Origin: a virus
Lineage: Duplodnaviria > Caudoviricetes
Direction: 5' to 3' (one strand)
Length of the DNA stretch: 51,683 nt
Virus record (IMG/VR): IMGVR_UViG_3300047552_000616
Coordinates: 1 to 51,683 of that record
Every line of letters starts with the position of its first letter. The first letter of the stretch is position 1. This document shows positions 46,272 through 51,683 of this stretch, in pieces. The notes beneath the pieces were generated by a model. It saw only the letters and a list, made by a program, of their open reading frames with translations. It ran no database searches and was not told where the DNA came from. Both the position numbers and the translations under genes were made by a program.

Positions 46272-46957
46272 AAACCCTCCTCGCTTTTCTCCTATTCCCG
46301 CTGTGCCTATTTGGCCAGCCGTTCACGTTCAACGACACGGCCTTCATGGGCAATTTGACGGCGGCTGCGAGTAGCGCGTACTTGATAGATGAAGACTTCG
46401 AGGGCACTGGCGCTCCATCAGTCTGGACAACCATTGGCGGCCTTCCAGACTGGGATCATACCGATACACCGTTGGAAGGATCTCAAAGCTGCTGGACCAA
46501 TTCAATCAATGCGTACATCAATTACGACTTTGGAGCGAATTATGATACACTCTCGATTTACTTCATCGTCTCCATTACCAATGCGCCCGCGTCGTCAATA
46601 CACTGCGTTGCATTTCAAAACGATGGAACTAATCTTTCCTCTTTTTATCTATTAACAACCTCTGGAAGCATCAGGGTATACAATGGCACGGTAAACTCTA
46701 CAGCGGCAGGAGTTCTTAACTATGCGGAAGCTGTGTATGTGTGGATGGACTACACTAAGGGAACCGGTGCAGATGGCATAACAAGAATCTATATGTCAAA
46801 CACTTCCAGTAAGCCAGGAACAGTCACTGTAGAGCGAGTTAATGGCAATGCGATGCAAGGAGTGAAGGCTTTGAAAGTGCGATTCGTAGACACGGGAATG
46901 CTCATTGACAAAATCCGAGTCAGCACATCCATCCTTGGAAACGGTGGTGTGCCATGA
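46268..46957 (+). CDS. Secreted concanavalin/LamG-like beta-sandwich protein
   Basis: Signal peptide MKTLLAFLLFPLCLFG; EDFEG...IDKIRVS. Confidence 0.55.
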   Translation: MKTLLAFLLFPLCLFGQPFTFNDTAFMGNLTAAASSAYLIDEDFEGTGAPSVWTTIGGLPDWDHTDTPLEGSQSCWTNSINAYINYDFGANYDTLSIYFIVSITNAPASSIHCVAFQNDGTNLSSFYLLTTSGSIRVYNGTVNSTAAGVLNYAEAVYVWMDYTKGTGADGITRIYMSNTSSKPGTVTVERVNGNAMQGVKALKVRFVDTGMLIDKIRVSTSILGNGGVP

Positions 46958-48378
46958 GAACTTTTCTTGCATTTCTACTTGGCTGCAATATGGCGTTTTC
47001 CGCCACCACAAACCAGCTTGTTCAGTGGGGGATTACGTTCCAATTCGATGCCGCAGTAGACTACGGCACATTTGCCAACGGCGATTACTGGGTCGTTACC
47101 CCAGTTACAGTAACAAATCTGTTACCAGAATGGGATTTGCGCAATCACGGATGGGAAATTAATCCGACGTTCGTAACAGCACAGGGATTTACGACCAACC
47201 TATCAACATACAGTGAAGATAAGCGCCCGGCGCTTCCTTTCACGCTTACCACAAATTGTTCGCTGGTGAAAGTGATTAGCACTAATGTGGAAACGGATTC
47301 AAGCTATGTGCTGTCGGCGGCTGTGTTGACTGCGCTTGAATCTACTCCTGCGGGAGGCGGCGCGGGTTATTTTCGACCGCCATACGTCGGCACAAACAAG
47401 CCGCTTTATTTGGTGAGCGATTTGCAGAGCAGCATTCTTCCAAGTATTGGAACAGCAAGCAATGCAGTGGGACTTGCCGATGTGCTTGCAGACTTTTCAA
47501 AGTGTCTTAGGATGGATCACAACTCAGGATCGCCTCGCTCGACAAGGCCAACGTATGCAATGAAAGGCTACCAGCCAAACAACACTCCAGAGTTAAACGA
47601 GGCCATGATGCAGTTGATGCTAAATGACAGTTACGCCGATAAACTTCCTGCATTGATTCAGTTCACGCAGCACACAATTGACCAGTTACACGTTGTGATG
47701 CTGGGATACCGAGCGAGCGACAACGGGCACAACCCGAATCATCGAGTTTTGGCAGCATGGGCGGCTACCATGCTGAACATAACCGAGGGCAAGACTTACA
47801 TGGCCACGGCGACGAACTTTCATGAGGACATATACCTTTCGGATGGAACAGCAGGGTTTGCTTTGTGGGGTAGAAGTTATCCCGAAGCAAGCTATTGGAC
47901 CTACATAATTAGTGGGGACGGAGATCGGTCAATTCGCGATCCATATTTCATAATCGACGGAGGAGATTTGGAAGGCACGGGTTATCAGAACATTGTTTCT
48001 CAATCTCTAAAAGGTCAGGCGTTGGCGTTCATTCTATTCACAAATATGCAAGCGTGTTTGCCCGCAAGTCGATTTAATACGCTGTCGAATTACGCTTACC
48101 GTTGGGTTAACACAGGAAAGTGGGCAACTCCAGACCCAGTGGCGCCCTACGATGGAACTCCAGAGAATTACGGTGTTACCTTTGGACCTGATGGAATGGG
48201 AAGTTACATCGCAGGATCTGGTAGATTTCCAGCAGCGCATGGGACATTGAAAGATGAAGGCACATACAGGAGCGAGTTTGTGGCAACGATGTGGGACCAG
48301 TATTGGAATTATAGAGCGCCTCTTCCACGATCCAGCACCATCCAAACCCTGCGCGTGGGAACTTTGCGGACGCCATAA
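46954..48378 (+). CDS. Secreted hypothetical protein, possibly carbohydrate-active
   Basis: Signal peptide MRTFLAFLLGCNMAFS; GTFANGDYWVV, FRPPY; helical core; C-terminal TIQTLRVGTLRTP. Confidence 0.6.
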   Translation: MRTFLAFLLGCNMAFSATTNQLVQWGITFQFDAAVDYGTFANGDYWVVTPVTVTNLLPEWDLRNHGWEINPTFVTAQGFTTNLSTYSEDKRPALPFTLTTNCSLVKVISTNVETDSSYVLSAAVLTALESTPAGGGAGYFRPPYVGTNKPLYLVSDLQSSILPSIGTASNAVGLADVLADFSKCLRMDHNSGSPRSTRPTYAMKGYQPNNTPELNEAMMQLMLNDSYADKLPALIQFTQHTIDQLHVVMLGYRASDNGHNPNHRVLAAWAATMLNITEGKTYMATATNFHEDIYLSDGTAGFALWGRSYPEASYWTYIISGDGDRSIRDPYFIIDGGDLEGTGYQNIVSQSLKGQALAFILFTNMQACLPASRFNTLSNYAYRWVNTGKWATPDPVAPYDGTPENYGVTFGPDGMGSYIAGSGRFPAAHGTLKDEGTYRSEFVATMWDQYWNYRAPLPRSSTIQTLRVGTLRTP

Positions 48379-48411
48379 AGGAAACAAGGAATAGCACAAC
48401 TCAGTTAAAAT

Positions 48412-48738
48412 GTGAGCCATAATGATAATCAAAGAAATCAACCAAGAACTAACGGACGAGGTCTTGAAACGGCACAGAGGGTGGCGGCGATTGCTTTGGC
48501 TGCTCTCACTTTCGGCGGGATTGTCTTTAGTGCTGGCAGCCTTTTCCAGCGGATTGGTAGCGTCGAGCGAACCATTGCCGTTAATAGCGCCCGGCTTAAC
48601 GAACTTGAGCTATGGCGACGAGAGGCCTATGGAGCTGTTATTGACAACGCGGCACAGCACAAGCGTATCGAGGAATTGATTAGGGATATGAGGGAGGATA
48701 TTGCGAAACTGGAATTACTGATAAGGAATAGACCATGA
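48412..48738 (+). CDS. Single-TM coiled-coil protein (holin/lysis-associated)
   Basis: TM VAAIALAALTFGGIVFSAG followed by coiled coil. Confidence 0.6.
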   Translation: MSHNDNQRNQPRTNGRGLETAQRVAAIALAALTFGGIVFSAGSLFQRIGSVERTIAVNSARLNELELWRREAYGAVIDNAAQHKRIEELIRDMREDIAKLELLIRNRP

Positions 48739-48938
48739 TGAAAGACTGGAAAACAACATTAGGTGGAGCATTGAGTGCTCTAGGAACAACATTAATGGGT
48801 GTTGGAACTGTCACCGCACTAAATGGCACCAATACTAAATGGATTCAAGGGATGATGATTGGTGGCTTTATTCTTAGTGCATTTGGTAAGTTCTTCACTG
48901 CACTATTTACTCCTGATAAAACTAATGGGCAATCATAA
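48735..48938 (+). CDS. Putative holin
   Basis: MMKDWKTTLGG; two TM segments; 67 aa. Confidence 0.65.
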   Translation: MMKDWKTTLGGALSALGTTLMGVGTVTALNGTNTKWIQGMMIGGFILSAFGKFFTALFTPDKTNGQS

Positions 48939-48991
48939 TGCTCATTGATGGATTCCGGGGAGTGTAAGTGAGAGTGGTGATCATTAACTAA

Positions 48992-49007
48992 TGGCATGTG
49001 AAATGCT
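48992..49007 (+). promoter_or_regulatory. sigma54 promoter for tail operon
   Basis: TGGCATG-TGAA-ATGCT, GG-N10-GC, intergenic, before ATG 49024. Confidence 0.7.
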
Positions 49008-49023
49008 TTAACGATATATTAAT

Positions 49024-49518
49024 ATGAATCGAAGATCCTTTATGTTTGGTGGTGGTAGTGTTGTAGCTTTCGGTTTAGCTGGATGCGCAACTGCTCCTGA
49101 TGGAACAGTAGTGCCCCCGGACTATGTTGCTATCGCGTCTGCTGTAGCAAAGACAGCCGCGACCGCTGCTGTAATTAAGTATCCCAAATTCAAGACAGCA
49201 TTTCAGTTGGCTGAAGTGGGATTGACTAAGTTGATTAATGCCGAGGACTACGATAGGGTGAAGTTAGCTGAAATCCTAGCTAGCCTTAATATCGCTGAAT
49301 TTCAAGGAGCAACGGGAACAATCTGGATCTCCGGGATTATCTCCATTTGGGAAGCTGTGACTGGAAATGTGTATATTGTGGATAGCACTAAAGCTCTTGG
49401 CAAGGTGATCACGGCGATTCGCGATGGATTTAGAGTTGGATTAGCCATGCCTGCTAGTAGGGGAATTGCCACGCCAGTTCGACTTAGGCATCCTGTTAAG
49501 AAATCCTTTGTGATCTAA
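49024..49518 (+). CDS. Lipoprotein with twin-arginine-like signal
   Basis: MNRRSFMF...GLAGC lipobox. Confidence 0.7.
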   Translation: MNRRSFMFGGGSVVAFGLAGCATAPDGTVVPPDYVAIASAVAKTAATAAVIKYPKFKTAFQLAEVGLTKLINAEDYDRVKLAEILASLNIAEFQGATGTIWISGIISIWEAVTGNVYIVDSTKALGKVITAIRDGFRVGLAMPASRGIATPVRLRHPVKKSFVI

Positions 49519-50696
49519 TGGATTATATGGCACGGGATATTTGGCAAACATTACGTAAGGCGCCTTTAGTTGGGCGCCTTAACAAGTATGTTACTATACC
49601 TGCGTTTAGTGTGGAGTGTGGTCCAACTAGAGGGTGTTTGTATGCAGCACATGAAACATGGGATGTTATAGAATTACCTATTGGATCTCAATATGATTCT
49701 TTCGCTGTAGAATTCTGGATTAAACCACAAGCTACTGTTGATGGTCCTGCCACTGCTGATTATCTTAGTTCCTTTGTTACATTAACATATGCTTTATCTG
49801 GTGATACATATACACTAGAACTCCGATGTGCTCCTAGTGTAAGCCAGGTTGTTACCTCTATCAATGGTGTAGAAGCTATTGATATGACAACTCCTAACAT
49901 TGGACATAATGTTTGGTCTCATGTAGCTATTGTTAATGATGCTGGTTCTGATAATGAAATTCGGCTATATGTAAATGGAGTTCTTGCTGACACAAAAGCT
50001 ACAGCTACTGGTGGTATTGGTGTAGGGGAGCTTGCAATTACGATTGGTGATGTTGGTATATGTAGGGTTGCTGATGTTCGAGTTTGGAACAATGCAATCT
50101 CATATGATGAAATCTTGTATAGAATGGATAAATATACAAGTCATGCTAACATGTTGTATCATTTTCGATTTAATGAAGATTTTGATGATACAACTGCAAC
50201 ATATACTGGAACAACAACTGATGCAAGTTTAGTCTATATTGATGATGAAAGTTATCCACCGATAGGATTTGGAGCATCTTTTATCGCGGCAGAATTTCAG
50301 TGTGCATTAAGTTATCCAACATCATTTAAATATCCAGTAGAGAAGCCTACTACTGATTGTAATTTCTGCTTATGTGTTAGATGGGAAGATGAAGATGGCA
50401 GCATTCAGCGAAGAAAGTTCTGGACGGTTGGAGAAGATATCGCGCCAGATCCCGCAGAATATGCAGGGGAAAGATTACCTGTAGATTGTGTGCTGGAAGT
50501 CTGGAACATTGATGGGAATGATACTGTGGATTTAGCTACGGCTTTGAGCTTAGACATCGGACTAACAGTAAAAGCAACAAGTGGTGAGGATTTCACACAG
50601 ACAGCAGAGCAAACATTAACAAAAGATTCTGCATTGTATGTAACATTTCCAACAGCAGATGATACATTAACTCCTAGTGCAGAACCTAGTTACTAG
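49518..50696 (+). CDS. Virion protein with LamG/concanavalin-like domain
   Basis: FAVEFWIKP, WSHVAIV, IRLYVNG, DVRVWNNAIS. Confidence 0.75.
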   Translation: MDYMARDIWQTLRKAPLVGRLNKYVTIPAFSVECGPTRGCLYAAHETWDVIELPIGSQYDSFAVEFWIKPQATVDGPATADYLSSFVTLTYALSGDTYTLELRCAPSVSQVVTSINGVEAIDMTTPNIGHNVWSHVAIVNDAGSDNEIRLYVNGVLADTKATATGGIGVGELAITIGDVGICRVADVRVWNNAISYDEILYRMDKYTSHANMLYHFRFNEDFDDTTATYTGTTTDASLVYIDDESYPPIGFGASFIAAEFQCALSYPTSFKYPVEKPTTDCNFCLCVRWEDEDGSIQRRKFWTVGEDIAPDPAEYAGERLPVDCVLEVWNIDGNDTVDLATALSLDIGLTVKATSGEDFTQTAEQTLTKDSALYVTFPTADDTLTPSAEPSY

Positions 50697-50718
50697 ATAA
50701 TATTTATTTGATTTATTT

Positions 50719-51683
50719 ATGGCAACACAATATGATGTAAATCCGGGACTTGATTTAAGTGCGCTTAGCTCGGCAACGCTAGCCCAAATCCAACAAGCTA
50801 TTGCGCAGATTGCACCACTGAGTAATATTGGTGGAATCGTATATTCTGCTACCACACCAGATGTAGCTAACAATCCGCGATTTGCTCGATACATGTGGAT
50901 TGACATTGGTGTGAGTGGAACTCCAACCGCGCCAGTGTGGAAGTTGTATGATGGTGTTTCGGCGTGGAACTTGGCAACATTAGCTGATGCGAGTGTCACT
51001 AACGCTAAGATTGCTAATTATGCAGTGAGTGTCCTGAATGCTTCTAGTGCTAACAAGATAGCATACAAGCATGATGCATCTGCTGTTGGAGCTAAGAGTA
51101 ATTATATCCTGCGACTTGACTCTGCTGGACAATATGTGGAAGTGGTTGCCTTGAGCACAATCCTAGCTGCTGATACTGTTCCGTTGACTGCGCTCGCGCT
51201 TGGACCTACGGCTAGATCTAGTTCAGGTAGTGCTAATAAGATTCTATCATTTGATAACACTGGAGCCAACATAGGATTCTATGCGTTTAGTAATAGCTTA
51301 ATCGTGGATGGTAGTTTAGATGGAGCTAAGCTTGCTGATACAAGTGTTACTAACGCTAAGCTTATTGATAAGACTATTAGTCCTGGAAAACTATTGTTTA
51401 CAACTGGAGATAAACATAAAGTTCCAACTGTTAATGCAGGGGAGACAGCTATTGCATTAGCTATTCCCACGATTGTTCAACAAGCCGCAGTAAAGACTAT
51501 TACTCCTACCGTTGCTGCTGCTCTTGGTGCTGGTAATATGGGAGCTTCTGGCTTGTTTGTTACGGATGGGACTAGCTCTCGTCTTGCTATTACATTTACT
51601 CCATTGTTAACTACTAGTTATTTGGAGCTAGAAGCTAATGTAACATTCCATTGCTCAACTGGCGCTGGTGTTGGACTTTTCGT
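50719..51683 (+). CDS. Tail fibre-like protein, N-terminal part (continues at 124..382)
   Basis: MATQYDVNPGLDLS...; LADASVTNAKIA and LADTSVTNAKLI repeats; no stop before the window end. Confidence 0.75.
   Translation, partial: MATQYDVNPGLDLSALSSATLAQIQQAIAQIAPLSNIGGIVYSATTPDVANNPRFARYMWIDIGVSGTPTAPVWKLYDGVSAWNLATLADASVTNAKIANYAVSVLNASSANKIAYKHDASAVGAKSNYILRLDSAGQYVEVVALSTILAADTVPLTALALGPTARSSSGSANKILSFDNTGANIGFYAFSNSLIVDGSLDGAKLADTSVTNAKLIDKTISPGKLLFTTGDKHKVPTVNAGETAIALAIPTIVQQAAVKTITPTVAAALGAGNMGASGLFVTDGTSSRLAITFTPLLTTSYLELEANVTFHCSTGAGVGLF
51561..51683. repeat. Terminal direct repeat copy
   Basis: Identical to 1-123. Confidence 0.95.

Noticed and set aside
1-51683. Stop-codon reassignment, integrase/prophage, DGR or retron; apparent excess of CTAG/CCGG/CGCG words
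   Set aside because: Standard code gives dense full-length ORFs; no integrase, reverse transcriptase or host flanks were seen; word bias cannot be quantified by eye

Overview
The window is an apparently complete, circularly assembled ~51.56 kb tailed-phage genome with podovirus-like organisation. Bases 1-123 repeat at 51561-51683, and one ORF runs in frame across the join. The + arm (35875 to the end, continuing 1-11665) carries terS/terL, portal, scaffold, major capsid protein, a block of signal-peptide-bearing proteins, holins, tail proteins and ejection proteins. The - arm (35051 to 11637) carries small early genes, a split SF2 helicase, a Cas4/RecB-like nuclease, a Sak4-like ATPase, SSB, a split UDG-exonuclease/PolA polymerase and an AAA helicase. 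The main finding is a phage-encoded sigma54 enhancer-binding AAA+ activator (GSFTGA loop, no DNA-binding HTH). It is accompanied by six intergenic and one intragenic -24/-12 promoter motifs (TGGCA-N6-(T/G/A)TGCT) heading the middle and late operons, while the first early gene has an rRNA-like sigma70 promoter with boxA. Together these suggest a sigma70-to-sigma54 transcription cascade. Other points are a cluster of three structured RNAs each ending in CGCCA (one tRNA-like), two replication genes each split by unrelated small ORFs, and structured leaders including a pseudoknot. The host is possibly Verrucomicrobiota/PVC (inference only). All assignments come from motif reading; no searches were run.
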